Below the pieces are notes generated by a model. The model did no database searches. It was not told where the DNA came from and saw nothing but the letters and a program-made list of their open reading frames with translations. A program made the translations under genes and the position numbers. Below are positions 51,211 to 63,640 of a DNA stretch of 64,000 bases, one piece after another; position 1 is the stretch's first letter, and every line of letters starts with the position of its first letter. Source of the DNA: the human T2T-CHM13v2.0 reference genome, Homo sapiens; assembly GCF_009914755.1 (NCBI RefSeq), contig NC_060926.1; one strand, 5' to 3'.

Positions 51211-51670
51211 ATCCATTCGTCTAATTTTTTTTCAAAGTTTTTAACTTCTTTGCCATTGGTTCAAACTTCCTCCTGTAGCTCGGAGTAGTTTGATCATCTG
51301 AAGCCTTCTTCTCTCAACTCGTCAAAGTCATTCTCCATCCAGCTTTGTTCTGTTGCTGGTGAGGAGCTGCATTCCTTTGGAGGAGGAGAGGTGCTCTGAT
51401 TTTTAGAGTTTCCAGTTTTTCTGCTCTGTTTTTTGCCCACCTTTGTGGTATTATCTACCTTTGGTCTTTGATGATGGTGATGTACAGATGGGTTTTGGTG
51501 TCCCATCTGTACACCTTGATGTCCTTCCTGTTTGTTGGTTTACGTTCTAACCGACAGGACCCTCAGCTGCAGGTCTGTTGGAGTTTGCTAGAGGTCCACT
51601 CCAGACCCTGTTTGCCTGGGTATCAGCAGTGGTGGCTGCAGAACAGTGGATATTGTTGAACCGCCAATGC
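51211..51670 (-). mobile_element. L1PA3/4 5'UTR-ORF1 junction fragment
   Basis: GKKQSRKTGNSKNQSTSPPPKE peptide; homologous to 45795-46235. Confidence 0.9.
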
Positions 51671-51885
51671 GGGAAAAAAATGCCAGACAAGAATTTTATA
51701 TTCTGCAAAACTAAGCTTAATAAGTGAAGGAGAAAAATGTCTTTTCCAGACAAGCAAATGCTAAGGGAATTCATCACCATAGGACTGGCCCTACAAGAGA
51801 TGCTTAGTGGAGTTCTAAATATGGAAATAAAATGATGATATCTGCTATGAAAGCACACACAAGCACATAGCCATGGACACTGTAA
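51671..51885 (+). mobile_element. L1PB/PA16-like ORF1 C-terminal fragment
   Basis: aagaattttatattctgcaaaactaagcttaataagtgaaggag...caagcaaatgctaagggaattcatcacc. Confidence 0.7.
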
Positions 51886-51921
51886 ACCTCATTTACAGTG
51901 GTAAACCTGTAAACCTTCCAG

Positions 51922-52069
51922 TTCAAGGAGAACTACAAACCACTGCTCAATGAAATAAAAAAGGATACAAAGAAATGGAAGAACATTCCATGCTCATGGG
52001 TAGGAAGAATCAATATCATGAAAATGGCCATACTGCCCAAGGTAATTTATGGATTCAATGCCATCCCCA
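51922..52069 (+). mobile_element. L1PA3/4 ORF2 fragment (~150 bp)
   Basis: ttcaaggagaactacaaaccactgctc...ttcaatgccatcccca; homologous to 35011-35158. Confidence 0.9.
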
Positions 52070-52073
52070 ATGC

Positions 52074-52631
52074 CTATAAGAAAGGCTCCAAAGGGGTCAT
52101 TAAGAAATGGCAGTTAAGGTTAAAGATGTTTAGAATGTGTTCAAGAGTAAAAATTGATTTGGAGACTTCACTTGGAAGTGTTAATAGCAAAGACTTGGAA
52201 CCAACCCAAATGTCTAACAATGATAGACTGGATTAAGAAAATGTGGCACATATACACCATGGAATACTATGCAGCCATAAAAAATGGTGAGTTCATGTCC
52301 TTTGTAGGGACATGGATGAAATTGGAAATCATCATTCTCAGTAAACTATCGCAAGAACAAAAAACCAAACACTGCATGTTCTCACTCATAGGTGGGAATT
52401 GAACAATGAGAACACATGGACACAGGAAGGGGAACATCACACTCCGGGGACTGTTGTGGGGTGGGGGGAGGGGGGAGGGATAGCATTAGGAGATATACCT
52501 AATGCTAAATGACGAGTTCATGGGTGCAGCACACCAGCATGGCACATGTATACATATGTAACTAACCTACACATTGTGCACATGTACACTAAAACTTAAA
52601 GTATAATAATAATAAAATAAAATAAAATAAA
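52074..52631 (+). repeat. Inverted duplicate of 8159-8701: 109 bp unique DNA plus L1PA3 3' end and tail
   Basis: 52074-52182 is the reverse complement of 8593-8701 with 1 mismatch; identical flank/L1 junction. Confidence 0.95.
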
Positions 52632-53195
52632 GAAATGAAAGTGGGACATCGCTACTGATTTCATAGAAATAAAAATGATTATGGAAGAATACTATGAACA
52701 ACAGTACATGAACAACTTGGATACCCTAGATGAAATAGACAAGTTCCTAGAAACACACGATATACTAAACTGACTTGTGAAAGAATAGAAAATATGAACA
52801 GACTCACAGCTAATAAAGAGAACAAAGAAAAGCCTAGAGCTAGATAGCTTCAGTGGCATATTCCACTGAACATTTAAATGCGAACAAAAACCCTCTCAAA
52901 CTCTTCAAAAAATTGGAGACAGAAAAATACCTCCCTCATTCTATGACTCACCTAGAATAGTGAAATTTATGGAGAGAGAAGGTAGAAGTTACCAGGGATT
53001 GGAGGAGAAGGTAATAGAGACATTTTTAGTGAGTATAGTTTCTGTTTGGGATAATGAAAAAGTTCTGGAAATGGATAGTGATGATGGTTACATAACGTTG
53101 TGAATGTACTTAAAGCTACTTAATAGTACACTTAAAAATAGTTAAAATAATAGTGAATTATATGTTACGTATATTTTACAATTCTTAAAATAAAT
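52632..53195 (+). mobile_element. Old L1M ORF2 fragment and L1MB-like 3' end
   Basis: gaatactatgaacaac...ctagatgaaatagacaagttcctag; gtttctgtttgggataatgaaaaagttctggaaatggatagtg. Confidence 0.75.
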
Positions 53196-53231
53196 GTAAT
53201 CCTTGTGGTTGTTACTCCACTACCACAGAAT

Positions 53232-53259
53232 ACACACACACACACACACACACACACAC
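53232..53259. repeat. (CA)n microsatellite
   Basis: ~14 CA units. Confidence 0.95.
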
Positions 53260-53499
53260 TCCTTCAGAAAAGGAATACTTCAATTTTCTAAATTTTCTGT
53301 CTGATCACTCAAAATACTTTGATACTATGCCAAAATATCAGGAAATTTCATGTTTATTGGAATATAAAAATGTAATGAAAACTTTAGATAGTAATTGAAA
53401 TGCTCTGGTATTTAACGATGTGTGTGACTTTTAAAATGTGTTTTTGATAGACTCTGATAATTTTATAAAACTACACAAACTCATACGAATTTTTCCATG

Positions 53500-54215
53500 C
53501 TGTCCAGTAATCGATTGATTGCTTCTCAGTCCAAATTCACTGTCTGCCCTCTCTGCGAAACTGAATCTGAACCCTTTCAATATTTTTCCTTTGCCAGCTG
53601 CTGTGATGTTGAAACCTTGTCAGCAGAGAGCACTGGAGAGACATTGTGGGAGGAAAGAGTTTTGCTTCCTGGTTCAGGGTTTTCACTGGCCAGGCTCCCG
53701 TGGTTCTTCTCCACTGTGCCAGCTCCTCTAGGTCCCACTCCTGCAGCACACATGGCTTCCCCAGGGTTCAGCTCCTGCAGTGGGGGTGTCCAGTGCTTCC
53801 CCAGCTTCCTCCCAGGATGGTTTTGTAGTAGGATGCCTCCAGGGAGACACATCCTTGTGAACACCTTCCCCACACCCTAGAGGGTGGATTTCCTGCAAGT
53901 TTCAGAGAGTAGAGCAAGTTCTTCCAGAATTGAACCGCAGTAGCTTCTCTGTTGTCCCATGAGTCATGCCACGTCCTCTCCCATAAGGTCTGGGTCTCAG
54001 TCCTGGTGGGCATGGGAAGACAGGTTCTTTTCGAAGAGGCTCTTACTCTATCTCAGCCCTAGGGATAGTGGCTGTTCCTTATATTTGATATTCCTATATT
54101 CTTCAGAGTTTTACTTCTTACTTGCCAACACCTCGTTACTCCAATCTCTTGTTAGAGTTAATCATTCTCTGTATTAAACTTTTCTTGTTTAAATTAATGT
54201 GGTTTCTCTCTCCTC
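53500..54215 (+). mobile_element. ERVL solo LTR (LTR52/LTR41-like)
   Basis: ttgcttctcagtccaaattcac...tcctttgccagctg...ttgtcagcagagagcactggag; cagccctagggatagtggctg; attaaac poly(A) signal. Confidence 0.65.
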
Positions 54216-54789
54216 TCTCCCAAAAATCCTGTGTGAGCATTTGAAATGCTTTTATTTGTGATACATATCTTCTAAACTTTCACAGAAATTTGAACATGTT
54301 TCTGACATGAATAATTGATTTTGAAATGTAAACTAACATGAGGTTTGCATGTTCTCCAATACTACTACTAATTTTTGAGTTATGTTAAAGATTTACAATA
54401 AAACATTCAATGTCCTTCCCAGATAACTTTGTGATTTAGTTCTAAGTTGCTTTATTATTTCCACATGCAAATACGTAATTTATTTCTTTGTCCATCAGCT
54501 GTTAATATTTTTGACTTTTTCCTTTTTATATAGCAGGAGATTAAAAGAACGTTTCATAAACACTCAAGTGCACCTTTAAATGCTGGGTAGGTCGAGTGGC
54601 ATAGTGAAATATAGATATTGAGGAACATTATTATGTGTTTTCGTAAAACTAGACAGTGGACTCATTAGAATAATGTGGCAAAGAAATTTTAAAAATAATC
54701 CTTATAAAAGAAACATCATAAAAACAGAGAAAAAGGCTTAAATAGTATTACAGCTTTTATGTTACTTCTGCTTTCTATCTCTTCTTTCT

Positions 54790-55700
54790 CTGGCTCGCTT
54801 CTTAGATAATCTCATTCTCTCACATGGATTTTAAATTTCTGCAACATGGTACCATCTTCCAAATTTTTATCTCCACCTCAGATCTCAACCCTGAATTCCT
54901 AAATTGTCAGCCCAACTGCCTACTTCATATCTCTACTTCCTTGTTTTATATACATTTCAAACAGAAAAAGTCAAACCCACAAACCTAATTCACCCACTGT
55001 CTTCTTCATCTCAATTAAAAGGCAACTCCATCTTTTCAGTTGCTCAGCCAAAGCTTATTCTATTTCTCTCTCTCTTGCACACTACATCCAATCCATACAT
55101 CATTTGGCTCTGACTTCAAACTATATCCAGAACATGACCTCTTCTTATCAACATTACTGTGACCAACCTCCTCTGAGTCACTGGCGTGTCTTCCCTGAAG
55201 ACTTGCAATCACAACCTAATGAATATCCCTCCTTCTATGTCATAATTACCCAGTCACCATATGATCCTAAATGGATCACATCACTGTGCTGATCAAAATG
55301 CTGCAGCAGTGCCCCAACCCATTCAGTCTAAGCTGAATTGTATCACGGTCTCCTGTCCTACACCATCTGTCCCCAGGTCCCTTTCTAACCACCTTCTAAC
55401 CTTTGCACACTCACTTCTCTTCAGACCTAGTGACTTCCCCACTCTTCCTTGAACTCACCTAGTGTAGTCCTGCCATAGAGACTTTGGCCTGGCATTTCCT
55501 CTGCCAAGAATGCTCTTCGATCAAACAGCTACATGACCCTCTCCTCATATCCTTCAATCTTTACCCAGAAAGCATCATTTCAGTCATGTCTTCCCTGATC
55601 ATTCTACTTACAATCCAGCACTTCCTGGTTCCCCTTATTCTGCCCTAATCATTTCCATCACAAGTATCATCTCTTCTAACATACTCTACACTTTGCTCAC
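54790..55700 (+). mobile_element. L2 fragment
   Basis: ggcaactccatcttttcagttgctcagcc, acatccaatcc, cttcaaactatatccagaa. Confidence 0.7.
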
Positions 55701-55929
55701 TAAATTGGAGGCTCCAGGAAGACCATTCTCAGCCTCTGCCCATTGCCCAACAATCACATGGCCAGAACTAGAGATGATTTACAAAGGCAACATTCAAGGC
55801 CTCCCACAGGTATCCAGTGGACTGAATCTCAGAATTCTACCAGCATTGTTTTCTCACAAGAGATGCCTAGGTTATGGTTGGATCTCACATGGAAAAATAT
55901 ACAGGATGAGTATTCCCTGGGAAAGAGAT

Positions 55930-56331
55930 TGCCATGGTTTGGACATTTGTCCCTTCCAAACCTTATGTTGAGATCTGATTCTAAATGTTGGAGGTGGGGT
56001 CTAACAGAAGGTGTTTGGGTGATAGTGGGAGACCCCTCAGGAATAGATTAATACCCTCCCCAGGAGTGAGTGAGCTCTTGCTCTATTCCTTCCCACAAGA
56101 GTTGGTTGTTAAAAAGAGCCTGGAAACTCCCTTCTCTTGCTTCCTGTCTTACCATGTGATTTTTGGATGCACTGACCCCCTTCACCTTCTGCCAGAAGTG
56201 GAAGCAGTCTGAGTCCCTCACCACGTGTCCAGTCTTCCAGCCATCAGAATTATGAGCCAAATAAACATTTTTTAAAATAAATTTCCCAGCCTCAGCTATT
56301 CCTTTATAGTGACACTAAATAGTCTAAAGAC
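55930..56331 (+). mobile_element. MaLR LTR (MSTB-like)
   Basis: tgccatggtttggacatttgtccc...tgttggaggtgggg...gagccaaataaac...ctaaagac. Confidence 0.85.
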
Positions 56332-56694
56332 GGGGTGGTGGTCAAAATTCAAGCATCTTTCACCATAATGAATTGAATGTGCTGTTCATTAGTGAGACTC
56401 TGAAGACAATCTGACTTTTGACCTCTTGGGTAAAAGGTACACAAATTTAACCTTAATCATTGCACTTAATGGCCAGACTTTTTAAAACCATGAGTTTAAA
56501 AGTGTGATTCTTAGGGAGCTAGCCTGATTCCCCCTTAGAATTTTTCATAAGTCACTGTGACAACTGCAAAATATCATCAGCACAAAGACACAGCATAAAA
56601 ATGAGTTACAAATACACGTCCTTAAAGGAAATAAATTCACTACTTTCTTGTCCAAGATTATGGCTAAAATTACAGCTCATTGGCACAGATTTTA

Positions 56695-56737
<43 letters not shown>
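56695..56737. repeat. (TATC)n tetranucleotide STR
   Basis: ~10-11 perfect TCTA/GATA units. Confidence 0.95.
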
Positions 56738-58189
56738 GTAAAACACTGATGAAACTGAAAAACTTGGAACAGTATCTGGTCCAAGGTAGCTGCTTAATAA
56801 ACGTCTGATGAATTGAATGGAAACTGGAAGACTATCATTTATTATATGAGTCTTTAAAGTAACAATGAAGTTTCTATTTAAATGTAATTTTTAAAGTTTT
56901 GTAAATTGTGTTGTCAGTACTGACAACAATAAAATAACCAAGAAATAATATATGAGTGCTTATTGATGAAGAAATAAATTAAATGCAGTCCAATTAGGTA
57001 CCAGACAAGAAAATAATGGGCTTAAATTCTTACGAATATTATAATAATGTTCAACTAACATACTTCCACCCATCGCCGTGTACTGCCATGAGTACCTCAC
57101 ACTGAATTGCAAATAATTTCAACATTATTGCACCAACGTCAAAATAAGAAAATGCAGAGAATCATGGCCTTTTTTCCAACCTCATGGCAGCTTAAAAAAT
57201 ATATCTCACCCTTAATGCATTCTAACCATGGGCCAGGTTTGGCTGTGAGAGCTGCTGCACAGACAGAACTAATTAGTCAACACTTTATGTATGGGATGTT
57301 GGATTTTGAACATAGCAGCTTTTGGTAAAATCAGAGATTTGTCCAAGGCAGACACTGAGAAATATAACAAATTAAGCTTTGATTAAGTCAGTTTTAAATG
57401 GATGACTCACACTTTTTAACGGTTGTGAACAGAAGCCAAACAGCAAATCTGAAAAAAAAATCTAAACTCTTGTTCAGAGAAGAGATTAATCTAAATCTGT
57501 GGGGAGGGAGGAGGAAAGGGGACTCAGAGCTGCAGCACCTGTGGAGAGCCTGGGACAGTCTCCTGAAGCACAGGCCAGTGTCCTATGCCTCCCTCCGACC
57601 TTGTTAGCCCACGTGGCACAGGAACACCAAGGGCCTGGTCAATGGCTCAAGGTCTTTCCTGCTCATTCCCCCTCACTTCCTGCTAGATGCAGCTATCAAC
57701 AAACCAGACTCCAGCTCTGCCCCAGCCTCCACCAGACTTCAAACCAGTCTCAAAACCGAGCAGTTTAGCCCCAAAATGCATTTTAAAACTTTTTGCCATG
57801 TTTTTTTCCTCCCTAGTCTCAAGATGTAAACTTGAAGGAAACTGACAAACATATTCACAGGTTCTGGTGACTAGGATATGGATATCTTCCGGGGCCATCA
57901 TTCTGCCTATCACAGGCCTTCAACTATAAATTATCATTATAAATATTATAGATTTACAGATAAGGCTTGTCCCAGGGAGACTTGGACCAAGTCTAAGGTG
58001 CAGAGTGTTCCTGAGGGCAGATAACACTCTGTCCTCACTGAAAGGATAGTGTGTTCATTGGACAGGTACACAATGAATGGTTGTCCATTAAAGGTGGTCA
58101 CGTGTTGTCAGGCCACTGTGCTCCAGCATCCAAGCAGCTGGCATAGGAGAAAGGAGAGGCCTCCGGCTGTTCCCGGAAAGACAGCATGG

Positions 58190-58410
58190 CCTGGCTGTTT
58201 AGAGCTGAGACTTGGGTTTGAGGCTGATTTTGCTGTGCCACATACCAGCCCTGTGACCTTGAAACCACCACTTCATCTCTCTGAGCCACAGCTGTTGCAC
58301 TGGAGACACAGGAGTCATGATATTAACTGCTTTATATAGCTGTTGGGACAAGTGAGGTCTTGTATGTACACTAGGTTAAGCATGTCAATAAACGTGACCC
58401 ATTATTGTTA
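58190..58410 (+). mobile_element. MIR
   Basis: ttagagctgagacttgggtttgagg...ctgtgaccttg...cttcatctctctgagcc. Confidence 0.65.
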
Positions 58411-59934
58411 TAAATAATACAATAAGAAGGAAAATTAGTCTAATTTTGATTTGAACAAGAGCCTTTTATTAACTGAGGAAGGGACCTGCCCTGATTCCTG
58501 AAGCGTGAGATTCAGGGCAAGTCTGTAGAGTGTTGAAGCAGTGGCAGCAAGATACCACGGAGAGAGGTCCCAGCTGTGCGGGTCAGGAGGTAGGATTGGA
58601 AGGATAACACTCTTCTCTGAAGAAACGCTGGAAAGGTTTACGAAAAAGATTCAGATTTGGTCAGACCCCTGTGAAGCACATCAGTATGGGATCTGAAAAT
58701 ACAGTGTCCTGAATGGGACACTGAGCCCAAGTTAAAAGGCTGCACACTTCGCTTTTAGCATGAAGGAACAAACTGTCACCTAGCTTGGGGTAAAATCCTC
58801 CACTGGTCCCAGCTCAGGGAAGGCTGCCAAGCACTCACTGGGCACAGCAGGACACGGGGTTCCCAAGGGGAGAGTAACCAGGCTACAGACTCTGGGGCCC
58901 ACACACAGATCAGACCTGGCCTGGGCACAGCTGGCAGGGCAGCCAGCCGGAAAGGCTCCAGGCAGGCTCCTGCTCTAATACTTCTTTCTGGAAGCCCAGG
59001 CCTGCCCACTCTGTGGACAGTTCTGGGCCTCTAGGCACCCTAATGGTTGCTGCAAGTTGACTTTCCTGAGGACACAGGGAAGCAACAAATAGCACAGGGC
59101 ATGCATGGCCACAGGCAGGCCTTGGGCTCCATCCCTGCCAGGGGACTGGAGCTGATCCTGGCCAATTCTCAGAAGTCACCTGAGATGCCCTCTGCAGCCT
59201 CAGGAGCCAAAAACATGGTTCCTTTCCCAGACACCCCACGATTCTGGGCCTGAAATCAAGTACACTCCTTCTTTAAATAGGGATTACTTTTTAAAATCCA
59301 ATTAAATAATACAGGTGAAAATGCTTTCTTTATGCTCTTAAATATTATAAAAATGGGAATTTATATTTTTTCATTAATAATAGTTCAAACATTGAAGATT
59401 CTGCTATGTCATCTTCATTGAAAGCCCATGAAGTCTCATCGTGGATGAAAAGCAGTACAAATGATGAAAAGCCTAGCAGTGCAGAATAACAGTCATAATT
59501 TGTGTTTGCCCACTGGTATTTGCTTACCAAATGCTTTATCTACAATGATTATCTATCTTACTGAGTTCTTGCAATAATCCTGGGTGGCACATGAGGATTG
59601 CACATTTCTCCTAATTCACTTAAGTTAAAACTGACATTTACTCTCCTCTACTTAATATTGGGCAGGCTGGGTCCTCTGGGTGGACTTTCTCTCCTGGATG
59701 CTGTAACCTTTTGCCTCCGTTGGCCCCACTCCCATTCTCTTCTTTCCTCTTAGTCCTCCTCATCTCAGTCCTCCAGTTTTTACCTACCAGGATTCTGTGT
59801 CTGAGCCCCAGAGTACAAAAAATGAGGGATCATAATAGGATGATTTTTCCCAATTTTCTCAAGGTAGTACATAATTAATACCATTCTCTGCTGCATAGCA
59901 ATGAAGTCAATTTATTGCATATAATGGATGCCTT

Positions 59935-60137
59935 AGGCATAATGTTCTCAAAGTGGGGGCCTGCGATCAGCAGCTTAGGCATCACCTGGAGACTTCTTAG
60001 AAATGTTAGAAATGCAACTTCTTGGGCACAGCCACTCCCACCAGAACAGAAGCTCCCATTGTGGGGCCCAGCAACCTGTGTTTTGACAGGCCTTACAGTG
60101 GTCTAGATACATGTTCAATTAAAAAAACCACTGGCTT
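59935..60137. mobile_element. MER5A DNA transposon
   Basis: gttctcaaagtgggg...cagcagcttaggcatcacctggaga...gttagaaatgca...gggcccagcaacctgtgttttgacagg...aaccactg. Confidence 0.8.
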
Positions 60138-60964
60138 TAGGATATTCAGACATAATTCTCCCAGGGATGCCCAGTTGAGAAGTTCTGGCTGGGTTCCCGT
60201 TCTTCTCTTGCTCCTCTTTAAGCCCATTTTCCACGCCTCTCTCTGAGTCCTGGCCAATCTTTGACTCTATCACTTCAAGTGCCATTGAAGTGTGCATGAT
60301 CCCCAAAGCACAGGCTACTTACTACTGAAAATTCCTCCTTACATCTTTCTCCACAGACCCTCCAACTCAATATGCCCTGAGCTCCTGCACTGGCTCTGTA
60401 TGTGTGGGTGCTTGACCCCTTCTACCTCCTGTCATGGCTGCCCCCCTTCTCTGGTCCTGGCTTACTTCTCCTTCTTCTCTGAGTCTTAGCCAAGCAATTG
60501 CTCTGCTAGGAGGCCTGAGTTGTCCTCTGGTTTAAATGCCTTGTCTTAGTTCCCATATCACTCTGTAGAGCTCTATCACAATTCTCTCATAACAAAATCT
60601 ATTGTGATTCCTTTAGATGCTCCTCTTCTCACTACAGTGCAAAATCCTCACAATCAGGGATTATTATCTTTTATCCCCAAATTGAAATCATATTATGCAT
60701 ACTAGATTTGAATAAAAATATTTTGGTTTTATACTACATATTGGCTCGATCCTCTGAAGTGTGAGAACATTAATTTGCCTATTAATCTGCTGCCTCCCTA
60801 CACCCATGTCTCAATATCTAATTATAATATTGTTTGTGCAATGTCTATGTTTAAATCATTTACATTCTCTCTTGTGATTCCAACTTGAATTTCATATCAT
60901 GTCTATATGTCAGTGCACTCGAGGCTCACCTCCAGCTTCCCTGTTACCCAGGTTTATAATGGCT

Positions 60965-62740
60965 CTTCTGCCAGGTTAGAATCAGCCTGGTTTTGCAGGA
61001 AGTTCCACAATAACTCAATGGCCAATTAAATGCTCTCCGAATTCACAGTTTACTGTGAGGACACACCAACAGTCAGGCAAATATATTCAACACACATAGG
61101 CAGTGATAAGGGTATGAAAGGAACCACAGTCAATAGAGTAGCTCAGGAGACCAGCAAGCTGCCTGACCAACAAGTCCAGTTTTCCCTTTAAATGCAGACC
61201 ACTGAACACTGTGAAGGGTAGGGGTGGCTCCTGTTTTCTCAGAAGGGCTTCGGGCAGCCCAGCCAGCCTTTTCCAATGGAAAAGAGGTCTCAGCGTTCTC
61301 AGGAACAGAGAATCTGCAGATGCCTCAGCCATGACGAATTTCTTTGCTGCTTTTATTGCCCCCTGCAAGAGTTTCTGTGATCTTTCTCTACCTTTTGGCT
61401 TCACTCTCTTGACAGGTCTTGGTGCCTGTCCACAGAAGGCATCATCTTATTGACATAGGATGTCCTGGCAACTGCAAAAGTGTGCCACCCATGGGTGTCA
61501 AAGTGGCTTTCACCCATATTAACGGGAGGGCCTAGGGAGTGGGAATATCCACTCTTACCCACGTACACCCTATCTCCCCTACTGTCAGTAGCCTTCAAAC
61601 TCCCTAGACCTCATTTACACCATGGATACGAGCTGAACTTTGTCCATGAAATGGAAGGTTTGGCTTATTTGGCAGGAATTAGTCATGTTCACCTGTGTTG
61701 TGCCTTTTAATTTCTATTATCATCTGCCTCTGGATCTCTCAGATCCAGTTTTCTTTCCTAGGGCTTTGATCCAAAAACTGGACTTGAATGTGGGACAAAA
61801 ATGTGTCTCCAAGTGAGGAGAGGTTCAATGGACTCTTTATTATAAGTGGAATGCTAAGCTGAAACTGTGGAATTGAGCCCTCCACCAACAAGAGAGGTGA
61901 GTCATGTGACGCGCTCAGGTAACTGGTGACTATAGTTATGCTTGCTAAGATTTGGATGCATGAGGCTTGGCTTTGGTACTCACAGGCACAGGCATTTGAT
62001 GACATCATCTGGAAAAATCTGAAACCATACAGTGGACTGGGTCAAGATTTCCAGAACACTATTCAAGAAGCAGATGAGTTTATGAGACTGCTAACCCAAG
62101 ATGAGCAGAACAGTAATTAATTACATAGGACTGAATGAGCTGATGAAGAATAATTGTGGGCTTGCTTGGAATATTGCTGTTGCTTTATTGTTACACTTTG
62201 TAAATGCAAGGAATCTTTTATCTGTTTTCGTAGGTCATCTATAACATAACAATTTAATCGACCTTGATTTTGCTAACAAAAATGAAACATTTATCCTTTT
62301 CTCCCTGCCTGAACCTTTCAGAACCCAGAAATTCTTATTTTCATGGCAATATAGTTATTTACATACATTTAGTAGGAGTCTATTCTGGTTAACAGGATAT
62401 AACTTAAAACACTGGTTCAAGGCCTTGCCTGAGACATTATATTTTAAAATGATAGTCACTCAGGTATGACCAGACATTTTTAAGGAACTAACGTTGACTT
62501 GAAAAAGTCAGTACATTCAAAGCCCTCTTGGAAAAGCCATACATGACTTATAAATTCCCAAATATATAGGTAAAAAATAGAGATCATTTCCTGGCAGTTT
62601 GAAGAAATTTAACATATTTTATGTCCTTGAGAAGAGAAGAATTCACCCAAAAACTAGAAGTACTGCTGGTGAAGTGTAATGGCTTGGTTTTCAAGAAGGT
62701 TTAAAAGTCTAATCTAAGATTCCTTATGGAAACTTCCTAC

Positions 62741-62771
<31 letters not shown>

Positions 62772-62960
62772 TTAAAAGTCCTATATGGCAAATTGTCCTT
62801 TTTCCTTTATCTGTGAAATACTGAGGCCACATCTAATGAGACCCACCATGGGTTAGTAGTTCATGGTCAAGAATGATCTTTCTTTGAGATTGCCTTTGAT
62901 CAAAAGGAGGTATGGGGGTGACTGTAGGGATAAATGTTGTCTTTTAATAGAAGACTCTAA
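60965..62960. mobile_element. ERV1 (MER4-group-like) LTR plus internal remnant
   Basis: ctctggatctctcagatccagttttctttcctaggg, ttgctaagatttgg, gagactgctaacccaag and ctaaggaatc-like MER-int motifs; family and strand not resolved. Confidence 0.55.
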
Positions 62961-62967
62961 CAAATTT

Positions 62968-63385
62968 GCATTCATTTCCTAGGGATGCTGTAACAAGTAC
63001 TACAAAGTGAGTGGCTTAAATTTATTCCCTGGCAGCTCTGAGGGCTAGAAATCTGGAATTGTGTCAGCAGGTCTGTGGTCCCCCTGAGACTTAGGAAGAA
63101 TGTTTCAGCACCTCTTCTAGCTTCACATGGTGGTCAGTAACCCTTGGCTAGTTTGACTTGTGAGACGTATCACTCTCATCTCCACCCATCATCATAGGGC
63201 CTTCTGCCCTGTGTGTGTGTGTATGTGTGTGTGTGTATGTGTGTGTGTACCCTGTTTGACCTTCTGTGCATTTGTGTCCAAATATCCTCTTATTTTAAGG
63301 ACACTAATCATTGAATTATGGCCCATTCTAATTCATATGGTCCCATTTAACTTGATTACATCCCGCAAAGACCCAATTGTAAACT
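62968..63385 (-). mobile_element. MLT1C-like MaLR LTR with internal (TG)n
   Basis: tttcctagggatgctgtaacaagtactacaaagtgagtggcttaa...tcttattttaaggacactaatcattg. Confidence 0.75.
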
Positions 63386-63640
63386 AAATCATGTCCCCCC
63401 ACCAAATTCATACTTTGAAGCTCTAAATACCAGTGGAGCTACATTTGGAGGAAGAAAGTGATTAAGGGTAAAAGGGGTCATAACATTGGCCCTTGGTCTA
63501 ATGGGATTAGTGCCCATCTAAGAAAAGACACTAGAGAGCCTGTGCTCTCTCTTCACAAGCACACACCAAGGAAAGGCCACGTGAGGACACAGCACGAAGG
63601 TGAACATCTGTAAGCCAGGAGAAAAGCCCTCACGAGGATT
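63380..63640 (+). mobile_element. MLT1A/B-like MaLR LTR fragment
   Basis: tgtccccccaccaaattcatac...aggccacgtgaggacacagc...tctgtaagccaggag. Confidence 0.75.
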
